Shown: positions 41,201-53,461 of the stretch, one piece after another
Numbering within the stretch: position 1 is the stretch's first letter
How the letters are laid out: every line of letters starts with the position of its first letter
From: Hyphochytrium catenoides
Lineage: Eukaryota > Protista > Hyphochytriomycota
Length of the DNA stretch: 64,000 nt
Reading direction: 5' to 3'
NCBI GenBank assembly: GCA_900088475.1
Contig: FLMG01001299.1
Coordinates: 1 to 64,000 of the forward strand
Notes under the pieces: model-generated
The model's database searches: none
What the model was told of the DNA's origin: nothing
Seen by the model: only the letters and a program-made list of their open reading frames with translations
Program-made: the position numbers and the translations under genes

Positions 41201-42742
41201 TTGCAAACCTAACAAGAGATCGTAACGAGTAAAACAGGAGGTAATCTTTACACATGGCTTACGTCTGCAAGCCCCACTTGTAGTTCAGCGTCTCATTGCG
41301 TCGTCGCCAGCCCTGAAGTCAGCAAGCAGCAAGATGGAGGGCTCCATACTCAGTGACATTAAAGGGAAAGTCGAACGCCTTTCCCACCTTCAAGAAGATC
41401 GCTCCCCAAATAGCCGTGACTAGCATGCCAAACACGCCGATCATCTGCAGGTACTGCGCCTTCGTCACCATGTAGGATATACCGAACACGGCGCCGCCCA
41501 GTATGCCCGGGAGGATCAGGTGCCGTGTGTAGGAGAACAGAAAAGCAAAGTAGAAAGCCGCCTGCTCTCCATGGCAGAACCTATGACACAACCTTTCAGA
41601 TGCTGCACGGCTGTACGGGTACAGATAGGGAGCCTATACATAGATTGGCATGCCATTCACCTGATCTCACTGAGCACGCGGTCCAGCTTTGATGCAGAGA
41701 AGATGGCAAAGCACGCAGAGATCGCCCTGAACAGTGCTCTATCCATCTTTCTATCTCTGAGAGGAAAGCAGCTCTTTATGATCGGGTGGTTCCCCTCTCC
41801 GTTGAGGTTTATCCCAGCACCTGGTGCTCCTTCCTCAGACTCAGTGCTTCTTTCTACTATCCTCGCCACCGCTTGAAGCACATTGGCAGGTGTCCAGAGG
41901 TCTCTTGTCGGTTCACATTTCCCCACAGAATGTTCTGCTGGACCTGCCTCCTGCTTGAGGCTATGCAATGCCTCTGAAGGCACCTCTCCTTCAGCTCCCG
42001 CCTGCCCTCACGTGGATCGGTCATAAGCAGACATAGCTATAGGAAATGTTACAGTTGGTTCTTACGTTCAGCCAGCGGTCTAGGGAGAGCATTGCTTGCT
42101 CATCCTGTACTCTATCGGAAGTGGCACGAAGCAAGAGTACCAGATATTCCTGGCTATGCAGAGATTGGTCGAGCGCATATACTTCCAGGCCAGCCCTGAG
42201 GCAGTTGGCTATCACCTTCCTTTGGCTCTCGAACACGAGAGCTTTCGTCTCTGAGAGGGAGCCGAATGTCCAGTCAGACAAAGAGTGTGAGGTATAGGCA
42301 AAGGGGAATAGAGAGACGACAAGTTGAGATACCGAGTAACGGGAGAGTCACAGCTGCTTAGTAGTTAGACTCACTTAGCTCCTTGCAGGACTTAACGGGA
42401 ACATCGTTGAGAATCAGGACAAAGTGATACTGGAGCTCTGAGGCGTATTTGTCAAATAGAGTCGAAAGATCTGTCACCGATGCGTCAGTTCTGACTGTGA
42501 CCGTATCACCGCTAGTTTGAGCGTTCAGCAGGGAGTCGGAGCTCTGTCGAATCGTGTTGATGATCCGCTGGACGGAGTCCTTTGCAGTTGCCCTAGATCA
42601 GAGAGGTGGGGTCGGTCTTGATATGGACAGAATACAGAGGCTAGATGTGGGCCATTTCGTACCGCTGCAGGCCTTTCGACCAAGACACTCGGCGCTCACT
42701 AGGGCGCTGGCCAAGGCGCTCTTCACTCCTCTCAGCCATCAT
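38224..42742 (-). CDS. Anoctamin/TMEM16 family membrane protein, multi-exon
   Basis: IR|FCHGEQAAFYFAFL..YT, FLK|GWRRRNE.LNYKWG, PNPKF, YYPEWKR, RENYKTE, YLFIAF, VIQF|GYVTMFSVIWPL, QRPVP.RA.GIGPW, LFEH and IPSIPAAVR. ATG at 42742. Confidence 0.92.
38708..38752. other. Assembly gap (N run) next to (GA)n inside an anoctamin intron
   Basis: N characters. Confidence 1.
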
Positions 42743-44419
42743 GAATGACCAGCGGGTGGCTAAAGGGGCCAATCAACTCTTCATTGATGATGCTTCATGC
42801 TTCTCTCATCAGGAGAGCCCAAAACTACTCACGTCTCCTTTAAGTCTGCAAGGATGCAGCTTGATAGATACCCAAGCAATTCCTCTGCAGACGTGTCGTT
42901 CATAGATTTGACAACGTAGTGCTCTGCCAGGTCCTACTCTCTGGTGAAGCTGTTGATGACAAGCTAAATCTTCAATCTTCAACTCTCTTCTTCTTCTTCA
43001 TCCTCGCCTGGGATTGTGAAGATTGAGAATTGAGAACTGTGTTGAATGAGAACCAACCAATAAATCATTCTATTGTGATTATCAAACAAGTCCCGAAAGG
43101 AAGTCTTACTGGCTTGATTATCAATGATTGAGAAACGGACTTGTCAACTTGTACTTTGTACCTTTTCCAGTCCGTATGAGTACATCCCTCAACTGGTTCC
43201 TTCATCAACCAGCTGTTGAGAACCTGTGCCGCTCCTAGATGATGGAGTTTGATGAGGAAAAGAGAAAAGATGCATTGAAAGGAATCACATGAAAGGTTTC
43301 TCACTCGTTGATTCGTTCCTTGAGCTTAATGTTAGGTTCTATTCATCGAAAGACTCAATTTGAGAAATCTTCCCTGTTGCACTAAAGTTGGGAAGTTCCC
43401 ACTTCCAGTCTTTTGCGTGCGCTCCTGTAGTGTGTTGATGACGAGATGGGGAACAGGAGCTAGAGGACTGGTCTCTGCACCACAAGGAGACAGAGTCAAG
43501 CCTCAAACTTTCGCCGCTATACGCACTTCTAGGAGGCACGACGAGATCCTAAGCCTACGCCATATTGTGACCCTCTACCTTAGCTTTCAGACAATAATAG
43601 CCTAATTATACTCCGGTATGTAGGTCGGTAAGAGAGACGTTGATGCTGAGGGTTACTCTCCTACCACGGACTAGCATTGAGGCCCCAAGAAATGACTGAC
43701 TGAACTACACATAACGGGGTGCAAATGATGAAAAAGACAGAGCGGGTTGAGAGAGATGGGGACAGTGTGAGATGCAGTACACAAGGTTATTAGTAATAGT
43801 AAATGCGACACAGAGTGATTTTAAGATAGCACGAGCTGAGGAAGAGAGAGGAGCGCTTATGGTGATGCATTTTGTTGATGCTGTTGTGACGGCTGATGAT
43901 GAGGTGAGGAGGAGAAAAGGCTGAGTGCCTGTGGAGAGCGAGGAACATGCTAGTTCATCGGCTTTTGCCTCCTTCAGATGGCTGGCTTCTCCTTGCTGGT
44001 CTGAAAGGCTTCTCTTTATAAGAATAGTCAACATCCCAGGTTCAACAAGCTCTTGAGAACGGCCTCATATTGCGAACAGTTCTAGGAGCCTTGCTAGGAG
44101 GAGCACGCCAAAAGTGCTCAAGTTCTTGTGAGTGAGTTCAGCTTATAAAGGAAGCTTCCTAGAGAGTTTAGTCCTTCGCATGGCATTGGCATGGGATTGA
44201 CGTAGTCCTCCCGACACTTTGAGAATCTCAGTGCGAAGCTGAGGAGGATCATACTTTGTAGATGTGAGCGCTTTATCCAAGAGTCCAGATTTACAAATAG
44301 CTTCGAGGGCACCTCTCGATGCAGCTTGTAGGATTGGAAGTTTCTGCAGTCAAACTGCTGGAGGTTTCTCTACGCTGCCTTAAGAACGAGTCTTCGCCTT
44401 CAGTCAAGTCATCAAGAGA

Positions 44420-46054
44420 ATGGTCATCCAGAGCACTAGCTATAGGACAGAGCTCTATGTAAGCTCTGACAGTAGGCCTCGGGAAGAAGGTGTGCCTCTT
44501 CTCCCGAAACCGAAGACCCTGCGGAGCGCCTCGCCGCGCGGGAAGCACCATTATAGACGGACCTATGGTAGCGCGAATCCTGTCTTTGAGCACCAGCATC
44601 AGTGCAATTTTGATGTGCCAGCGTACCAAGTATGGCATCCCAGACATAGATACTTTCGCTTCGTCCTTTTGGCTCTTCTCTCGTTGTTGCCATTTGGAGG
44701 CCACTTTGTCAAGAATGGCCTCTCAGCTGTGCAGACCTTGATGGTCCATGATTCAGAACTCGACATGACCCATACTCGCTATGGTATGCTGATGTCAGCG
44801 CTTTCCCTTCCTGCACTGGTGGTTCCATGTTTCGCGGGTAGAATTTTGGACCAATACGGAGAGTCATCCACTCTGCACTTCCTGGCTATCACAGTGGGAG
44901 GACAGGCCATTACCTCGCTCGGGCTGAGCATGAAGTCGTTCTACATGACGGTTATCGGAGCACTTCTCTTTGGTATTGGAGAGGCGGCAGTCATCGTAGG
45001 GCAAAGGGCAGTGGTGAGCACTTGGTTTAGTGGTAGAGAGCTAACCTTTGCTATCGGTATATTGGTAGCAGTGGCCAATGTGTCAAAGATGCTTGCGAAG
45101 GGTTCCACAGCTGCGGTAGGGGAGTATCTTGGTGGCTATGACGCTGCTGCGTGGTTTGCGACCGCAGTCGTGACAGGATCATTTTTTGCAGGATGCGCAT
45201 TTCGATGGCTTATGAATGCTTGGAAAAGAGAACAAAGCCGCGTTCATGCGCACTGCAGCCAATTACACTGTGAAAGTGGCAATGGGATACTCCGGAGAGA
45301 CAGGTCAAGGTCAAACGTGCAGGACTTGGAGGAGAGCCAGCTATGCGATACGAATGTCGCGACTGTCAACGCGCTAGGGATTGGTTTCTGGTTGGCTGCA
45401 TTATTGCACATGCTCTTTATCAACGCCTTTCACATGTTCTATAACATTAGCTCCAACTACTACGTTGAGAGGTTTGGGTACGAGCTCGTTGGAGCAGGCA
45501 TAGTAAGCAGCCTTTCAAGCGCGCTTGTCGTTTTCGCGCCTGCAGTGGGACTCTTCGTTGACCGCGTCGGGTACCGTCTTTACCTTCTCATCGCAGCGGG
45601 GCTGCTGGGAATTCTCTCCTACTTTTTGGTTGGATTTACTGGCATCAGTCCTATATTCACCATGCTGCTGATGTCATTCTGTATGACCTTCGTGTCTACC
45701 ATAAGCATCTCAATCATTCCCCTCGTGGTAGACAGCACTGTCTACGGGACCGCTTTTGGCGTGTCCGAGGTTGTCGATGCGAGTGGCAGGATTATTGGCA
45801 ACGTATTTGTGGGTCACCTGAGGGATACCAGTGGCACGTATGAATCTACCATCATCTTCTTGATGTCTCTCCTGGCTGTGTGCGTCGGCGTCTGCATTAT
45901 GCTCTACTCACTCCATGGCAAGGAGTTAAATCAAGTAGTGACCCTGGCAAGACCTGCAGAGGAGGGAGAAATAGCTGACGATTTCGAAGAAGAGCTCACA
46001 ACTCCTTGTGCCGTCTCAATCAGAGTCGCAAGAACCACTTCTAGGGAGCTCTGA
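44420..46054 (+). CDS. Major facilitator superfamily transporter, MFSD1-like, single exon
   Basis: About 12 hydrophobic segments, with YGMLMSALSLP, AGRILDQYG, LFGIGE, WFSGRELTFAIG, GLFVDRVGYR and YGTAFG. Confidence 0.85.
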   Translation: MVIQSTSYRTELYVSSDSRPREEGVPLLPKPKTLRSASPRGKHHYRRTYGSANPVFEHQHQCNFDVPAYQVWHPRHRYFRFVLLALLSLLPFGGHFVKNGLSAVQTLMVHDSELDMTHTRYGMLMSALSLPALVVPCFAGRILDQYGESSTLHFLAITVGGQAITSLGLSMKSFYMTVIGALLFGIGEAAVIVGQRAVVSTWFSGRELTFAIGILVAVANVSKMLAKGSTAAVGEYLGGYDAAAWFATAVVTGSFFAGCAFRWLMNAWKREQSRVHAHCSQLHCESGNGILRRDRSRSNVQDLEESQLCDTNVATVNALGIGFWLAALLHMLFINAFHMFYNISSNYYVERFGYELVGAGIVSSLSSALVVFAPAVGLFVDRVGYRLYLLIAAGLLGILSYFLVGFTGISPIFTMLLMSFCMTFVSTISISIIPLVVDSTVYGTAFGVSEVVDASGRIIGNVFVGHLRDTSGTYESTIIFLMSLLAVCVGVCIMLYSLHGKELNQVVTLARPAEEGEIADDFEEELTTPCAVSIRVARTTSREL

Positions 46055-46893
46055 GCGTAGTTGCTATCGCCTCCATCTATATGGTAAAGGGGCCAGCAAC
46101 AAAGACATCAACGCGTCTAGGATCTGTAGATAAGAGTTATTTATTATGGTAAAGCACATAAAGTTGTTAATTCTCTTCGTGAACCATCATCAGCCCTAAA
46201 CTCTGTAATGTGCGGAAGTGATCCTTTCTGTTAACCTATAAATCACAAAGAGTAGTAGACATGCGTTGCGACAATATTGCAACCCTGAGCGTCTTCACGG
46301 AGGAGGTGGGACAAATAGTGTAAGCCTTATCCCAAGAACGAATGGTAGTCCAGATCTTCTTGGCTGGGCTGAGAGGACATCAAGGTGCCACTAGTCTCTA
46401 ATGGGTACGTCAGAGCTAATTAAGAGTTTGAACAGATGGTCCCGTTGTCAAGGCACACTTATATATTAGAGATAGAATAAGGGAGGCTCAGAGAAAAGCT
46501 TCTACGCCAGTATTTTTTCTGCGCACAGGGATTTTGATGTGACTTCGCAGATCATGGTATCGCGGGCTCGGTGAGTCCGATTGTCTCGCTCACCGAGGTT
46601 AAGAGGTCTGGGACAAACAGGCTCTCCACACTATCGGCTCTTACGATGGGAGGATCGACTGAATCTAGCTCCCTTTCAGAAGAAGAGCTTTAAAACCTGC
46701 CATACTGCAATCCAGCTGCATTTCGGCTACGAGGCTTATCCATATACAGCAGTTTCTGCTGAAGCGTTGAGATTCTTCTACTTTCGATTCTCTTCCATGA
46801 CATTCCAAGAGAAGGTGTTGAGGAGTTAGATTCAGTTGATCCTACCATCGTAAGAGACTTCCTCAAAATTATTACAGGTGAGATATTATATTC

Positions 46894-47017
46894 ATCCTGA
46901 TCGGACACGCTCGCTACCATAATCCGCTGTCGCGATGCCTAACCTTAACCCTAACCTTAACCCTTTCTTGGATATCCTGATCGGATACGCTCGCTACAAT
47001 AGTTTGCCGTCGCGATG
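46894..47017. repeat. Two 44-bp imperfect direct repeats flanking a telomere-like (CCTAAC/CTTAAC)4 tract
   Basis: atcctgatcggaYacgctcgctac...gtcgcgatg at 46894-46937 and 46974-47017, with cctaaccttaaccctaaccttaaccc at 46938-46963. Confidence 0.85.
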
Positions 47018-47212
47018 GATGCTCTTCTTTGAGGGCTTGACAGGTGCTGATATCAAATACACTGAAGGTTTGGTGGAACATTAGTCCCAATCGCCGAAAA
47101 TTGTTTGACAGCAGCTATTGAAGAATCCCCACTCCTGGTCACTATCAGCTTGTAACTCTCAACCACAGGGTTGACTGTTCCCTCGAAAGGAAGGCCCAAT
47201 GCACTCATATAA

Positions 47213-47491
47213 NNNNNNNNNNNNNNNNNNNNNNNNNNNNNNNNNNNNNNNNNNNNNNNNNNNNNNNNNNNNNNNNNNNNNNNNNNNNNNNNNNNNNNNN
47301 NNNNNNNNNNNNNNNNNNNNNNNNNNNNNNNNNNNNNNNNNNNNNNNNNNNNNNNNNNNNNNNNNNNNNNNNNNNNNNNNNNNNNNNNNNNNNNNNNNNN
47401 NNNNNNNNNNNNNNNNNNNNNNNNNNNNNNNNNNNNNNNNNNNNNNNNNNNNNNNNNNNNNNNNNNNNNNNNNNNNNNNNNNNNNNNNNNN
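47213..47491. other. Assembly gap (N run)
   Basis: N characters. Confidence 1.
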
Positions 47492-48027
47492 CGTTCATAT
47501 ATTGTCAATGATTGGCATCCGAGCGTGCTCTGCCCGGTCTAGGGTACTATCCCGCGTCCTTAGCCACAGTGACCTGATTGGTCCATATTGTGTAGGGCTC
47601 GTCTGATTGGTCACATTGGCCAATAGGATGCCTACCATAATGCCGTGATAATACTCTACCAGAGCAGAAGCTTCCACATCATCAAGCCAAAGCCATCATC
47701 ACCATCACAAAGCATCAAAGCCATTATCCATCATCACATCATCCGCTTACCGCCTGTTGTTTTGCCTCCTGCTGTTGATCACCATCTACATCACCCTTTA
47801 ACATTCGGCTATTGATACTCTTCTCGATGACAACACTCCGTAGGATGCTGCAGTGCTACGTGATGGTCATCATCTATGATGACCGTACTAAGTCAGTACA
47901 GGGACAAAAGAACGACAAAGCACTCAAAACTAGTTGAGAAGGATTGAGCCATTCAACTCCTTTCCTAAGTCCCGGCAGAAGAACATATGGATAATTGACA
48001 GACAGTACTTGCCACTAGATAGATATA

Positions 48028-48470
48028 CTAAATGATGACGTGAGCACACAATAAATCTCCTTCTTCCTCTTTAAGGTAGCAACCAACAACCGTCACCCAC
48101 GATAGCAGGCTAACTCTTCGCTTACGGTTCTTTCCAGATACCTCAGGAGGGACGTCAACAACTGAATTGCACGCTTCAAAACTCGAGATTGCCTCAGTCA
48201 AGCTCAGGTTACTTTTCCACAAACCGAGCTCCTTTGCCTTATCCTCCAGAAGTTCCGTCAAGAGTTTATATTCGCTTAGACGCTTTTGGAGTTCCTTGAC
48301 TCCACTCCAAATCAATGGGGTCGAGAATTTTTTTAAGTTGGGAGTCGAGGGCCACCCTCTAAATCTCCACAACATCAAAGCTGCCAAGCTTGAGAGACGC
48401 TGGCATTAGGCAGTTGAAAGCGCTGAGGAACAGAGTGAAACCTTCCTTTCCAGTAGTATACCACTGCGCC
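48028..48470 (-). mobile_element. Relic of a Crypton-like (tyrosine-recombinase transposon) C-terminal domain, pseudogenised
   Basis: YYWKGRFHSVPQRFQLPNASVSQAWQL*CCGD, then after a frameshift QKRLSEYKLLTELLEDKAKELGLW...FEAC...RKRRVSLLSWVTVV. This resembles, from memory, the domain C-terminal to the recombinase in oomycete Crypton-type proteins. Confidence 0.5.
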
Positions 48471-50520
48471 TCCTCCTATGATCCCATCTGTTATGGTTGT
48501 TCCTGCTTTGCCACCCCACCTGGCTCTCCGCCCCCCTTAGCACTCGTCGTCACCATCGGAATCCTGCTGATGCAGCTCTCGTTCCTGAGCCCTGGACATT
48601 GTCTGGCAAACAAAGTCGTCACGGCGGTAGAGGTTGTAGAGTGCCGCCCTATGATGGCAGTTGTAAGTGGAGTAGCCAGGTCTACTGCCATCTTTTCTTT
48701 CAAGGACACAATCCAAGTCACCAAGTCTCGCGCAGTCAAGTCATCAAAATTGATAGGAGAGATCTGTGTCGACCATAGAGCGTGAAAAATCGCCTTGGCT
48801 GTTGAACCCTCTAGTAGAGCTGTGTTGACAGCTGTTCGTTGCTGCTGTCGTCCCAGACCTCCTCTTCTCCTCCTCGTCTACCCCGTCCCCTAGATGAGCT
48901 CCTTCCACCACTTCATTTCTTTGTGGCTGCTGGTCCACCTATTAGCACCCTCACTAAGGTAAGCATTGCTCAGCAGACTCTTGTTTGCAAACAGCCATTG
49001 AGAAATCTCAGGATGGAGCTATATCGTAGCAATTCCGCGATCCACAGGCCACTGTGTTGGCCCTGATTGAAGTTACCTCAACCTCCAAAGCTGATAGGTC
49101 CATACTCTTCTTACTCACCGCCTATACAAAAGCGCAGGGCAAATGTCTCGAGAAGACATTTCCAACAATGAATGACCACGGGCCATTCCTCTGAACTTGC
49201 AAGCGCTAAAGAAGGGGCTGGAGCCAATATTAGTTGGGGGAAAAGGGGTGTCCTGTTGTCCTGTTTGGGCCGGGATTCTGTAACTTTCGCCCTGAAAATT
49301 TCGGAGAATAACGGATGGGCGGACTGGTGTTTACACGGAGGATCTAATGTGTAGTTATCGCCAGTCTGATCCATCGTATTCTGATTCTCACATTCTCACC
49401 ACATAGCTGATGAGACTGCGTAGGTTGCGTGCTGCGGCCAAATCAACAAACCAGAGTAGTAATAATATATGGCCCCCAGGGATCTACAGCCCTCCCATTG
49501 CCAGACTTTCCTTATCGAGGCAATAATAGTCGAAGGTATGTAGCTTGTCCAAGGATCATCATCACCCAAACCAGGATGATGCTCAACCGGAACATGCAAA
49601 GGTTATTCAAATCAACCAGTGCCTGTCACCTCTACCATCGTTCTAACCAAACGCGGCGAACCTCAGGTCAAACGTACCAGATAGCACTCCACAGAGCAGG
49701 GAGCCGATGGCGGCGTATTACCAGCTCAGCCCATAAAATAGACTTGATGGGATAAACTCTCAGTCCATAGACAGCTCCCACTTATCAGGAGCGAGCACCC
49801 AGAATACAAGGTCATGATTGAAGGTAGGAGGAATACCCTTGGGACTTGTCAGATCAATCTGCTGCTGAGTTGTACGGCAAACGAACTTCCTCGTACAGCG
49901 GACACTGTCTTGGTACACATTGCTGTATTTATTACTGCGGAAGGAAAGTAGGGTTAAGTGACATGTCTTCTTCACTTCTATGGGCTCTCTCCTTGTCTCG
50001 CATTCTGTCTCTTCCTCACCCATCCACGGTCACTTTACATACATTTTGCCTTGTCACTTCGCATTAGAGGAATATCTCTTGAGCACTCTGTCTTGCTCCT
50101 CCAATGTTCGCGCATGCTGGCATCAAGGCTGGCAACGGCCGATCATCACACAGTGGTCTATGGATGAGAAGTGGAGGCTGCAGGTGAAGCTTGAAGCCCA
50201 GCCTGGAGAAGGCGATGCGGGCCTCACAGTGCGTGAGAGAGATAAGCTCTACTTGTCCCCACAGTTCACTTCACTGTTCGATCACTAGTTAGTTCCCACT
50301 CCGTTCTGACCTTCCTCCATGACATAAAGGTTAGGGGGAAATCCCATCGCGCTCCGTCGTGACACCACTTGACCTTCACCGTGAGATGCACGCACAGACG
50401 GATGATTTCTGCGTAATCAATGAAGGCTTCTTCCCAGACGGCATAAAGGCAGCGCGGCGGTCAATCCGATAGGGACAAAGAACCCTAACAGCAGCATTGA
50501 CTGCTTCATCGACGGGAACC

Positions 50521-52416
50521 ATGCTCGAACGATTTGTAGAGATATGCGCTGAGGCACTGGAGTCAGTCACCTCAGTAGCCCATCCTCATCTCCTTGATGT
50601 AGCACCGGGAGACAAGTCGGCTTTCATTGCAGACATTCCACCGCGCTATCGAAGGTAAGAAGGTTGGAGTTGGCCATAGTCTACAGTGGTGGTAGTCTAC
50701 AGTAGTGTGATAGTTCTTCCTTGTTGTCTTGCGTGGGCAATCGCGTTTGTACTGCCCTTGCCAGTCTTCCCTATATCAACTTCCTTTTGTTCCTTTGCTC
50801 TCGCTTCTCCTTTTTCACTGCTATAATACGTTCTCTCTGACGTGGTGACCTCTCGGCTTCTCCTTCGCTGGTCTCGTTTTCAGCATTTGGTACCTGAGTC
50901 CCAAGCAGCATGTGCTGGAGTTCCTGCTGTACACAGTGATTTTTGTTCCGGCCTTATTCTTCTGTATGCGGAGGGTGATAGCGCAGACGTCTTGGAAGCA
51001 AATGCACTTCTTGCCGAACCCGTCAGCTATCGACTATGGCCTGGGTCTTCTAACCTTTGCGTCGTTTTGGACCAATGTTTACTATAAAGTCGGTCCTAGC
51101 TTGTGGAGGATGCCTTATGTCTTGCAGCCTTGCCATATGCTCACACTTATCCTGACATACGTGTGCTGGACATCATCCCCATTCTCTGCGGCCCTCTTTC
51201 AGGTATAGTCCCTGCTTTATTAGGTGCGATTTTCTTGGTACTTTGTTTGTGGGCTTCCTTGATGTGACACTTCATTAGTTGTAACTATGCACCTGTTCCA
51301 ATGCAAACAACCACTGCGTCGATCAAAGACTCATATCGAGTGGTAGGTCTATGTGAGCTTAAGTTGGGCTTCGTTTCTTGCCCTAGCCTTTCCCGATACA
51401 GATGACTATGAGTACACGGTACGTGATCTACTCTTTACCCTCTTTCTTGATGTCGATGTGCGTCGTCCATCCTGAAGCGCAAATTCTAACATTAATAACG
51501 CCAGGCTGACGTCTTCAACTTTTACGCTGAACACATTCTGATGCTGGTTGTTCCGGCAATTTTACTGGTAAGGTCTCTTATATACGCTTTGTGGCTTCAC
51601 ACTTTCTGATAGCGTGCTCTAGCATGATAGACATGACGTCTTATGTGTCTTTCGCTTTTGCGAGTGTAATTATACTGCATAGTCTCCTTTCTGCTGAGGT
51701 TGGTTCGCTGTGTAGTCACTCTCTATATTTATTGCTCTACTTCCGCAGTATCGGAACCGGTACCCCTTTATTGGGACGAAGAGTTGGATCTGTCTGGGGT
51801 ACCTGTTGATGGCGCTGTACCATAACCTTGTGCTGAACTTCGCAGCCATGGCATTTTCAGTCAACATTGCAACCCTCATGGTAAGGAGCTTCGGCGGTAG
51901 CTCTCTTCCTCACATTGGCCGGCTCCAGTTACTCAATTCTACTTCGCCTACCTGCGACCTCTCAAGCCTTTCTTGATTTTGACAACACCATTGTTGGTGT
52001 GCACCTCTCTTTCGTCTCTCGCACTTGTTCTTGGGACGCCATATCTCCCACTTGTTCTTGGGACGCCATATCTCACGGTGTCCATCTCTATGGGAGACTC
52101 CACTCTTTTGAGCACTGTCAATCTTCTATCCGCGCTCGGTTTGATTATACGTCGCTGTAGCACTACGTGCTCGTTGCCTCGACCTCTCTTCACTTTGTTA
52201 CATCAGTTTCTTTAGACCTTTGCAATGCTTTACTGGAAGCAACACTGGGCTGATCAACCCGTTTTGCAGTCACCGCCAGAGCCACTGAAAGTCCTAGGGA
52301 AGTACTATAGACCTGTGCAATACTTCTTCTGCTTTGTGGTACATGTTATCCATAGTGGTCTTATTTTCCTAGCCACTAGGAGTTGGGGACGGGTGTATGG
52401 CAAGGTCAGTCCCTGA
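50521..52416 (+). CDS. TMEM164-family membrane protein, multi-exon
   Basis: Exon 1 (50521-50654) splices in frame to WYLSPKQHVLE, followed by LQPCH, LALAFPDT, FYAEHILM, VNIATLM|SPP and YRP. Confidence 0.75.
52022..52074. repeat. 27-bp tandem duplication in a TMEM164 intron
   Basis: cacttgttcttgggacgccatatctc occurs twice. Confidence 0.9.
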
Positions 52417-53461
52417 ACTTATACTGGACTAGTCGACTAGTAGTCCACCGGTAATCAAAAGCTGCATACATTTGTGCCTAGTAACCCAGCTAGCTAGCTC
52501 TTGGTGTTGCTGCTACTAATGGCCAAGAAGTCCATCATAACTACTAAGCCAGTAAGATCTCTGTTTACTGTCCTTTTCTTTATTACATCCATCTGAACCG
52601 AACAGCGGGAGAAGATGAATCAACTAACTAACGCTAGATCTGTACCACGCCATTCACTACTGTTACGTCTCTCTCACAGGTGTGGCAGTGTGGAACTACC
52701 TTTCTCTTCTCTCTGCCACGGCGTACAGACGGATCTCTGTCGTCTTGTAAAGCTGCAATGCGGAGATGGTTTTCCACATATTGCCCAACCCTACGCACAT
52801 CGAGGTAGAGATCCCGGATCAGCTTCCCGCAGCTGTTGCTGGAACTTCATTTCAGTTCTGCGAGAGTCTTAAGTCCTTCAGCAACAAAGAGATGATAGCA
52901 AGTCCTTCAACAACAGCTGCTGGAGCTGACCAAGACCTGCCTTGCCAATGTGTGCAGACTCCTAGGACAATCTAGGATTATTATGAAAACCTGATCTTGG
53001 CATTGCAGCGGCTCTGGACAGAGATCCGCCCAAAAATGAGAGATGAGAGATTTATTATATGTATGTATAGCGAGAGGGATATTACAAAAGATTATTTATT
53101 GATTATCTTGCAAACACCATATATGATTATCGAGTATCAACGCTATCCTTTTGCGCCCAAACGGCGACAGAAACAGCCGCCACGGCTCAACAGACAAAAG
53201 AAATCTCTCCAAACCGATGCCACCTGCAAGGCAAACTGTGCGGTCGTTGGAAGCGCTTCTTCCCTGAGCTCATCGACTCCTCTGACTTCTATCTCTTGCT
53301 CTGTCGCGACCTTGAGGGCAAGGACTAGAATAAGGGGGTGGCTAGTTGAACCATTGCTACAGCGCTGAGGCTTGCCATAAGGACAAACAAGCACTCGCCT
53401 TTGGGAAGAGCTACCCCAAGCGGCGTTGGCCTCACCGCATCAGGTCGTATACGGAACCACT

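Noticed and set aside
42900-44400. Short ORFs between anoctamin and the MFS gene
   Set aside because: No recognisable motifs; likely divergent promoter or intergenic DNA.
46891-46920. ILIGHARY peptide resembling a class II glutamine amidotransferase motif
   Set aside because: It lies in a short DNA repeat with no surrounding ORF or other motifs.
47053-47606. ORFs spanning the N run
   Set aside because: Artefacts of the assembly gap.
52428-52441. 14-bp palindrome actagtcgactagt after the TMEM164 stop
   Set aside because: Too short and isolated to assign a function.
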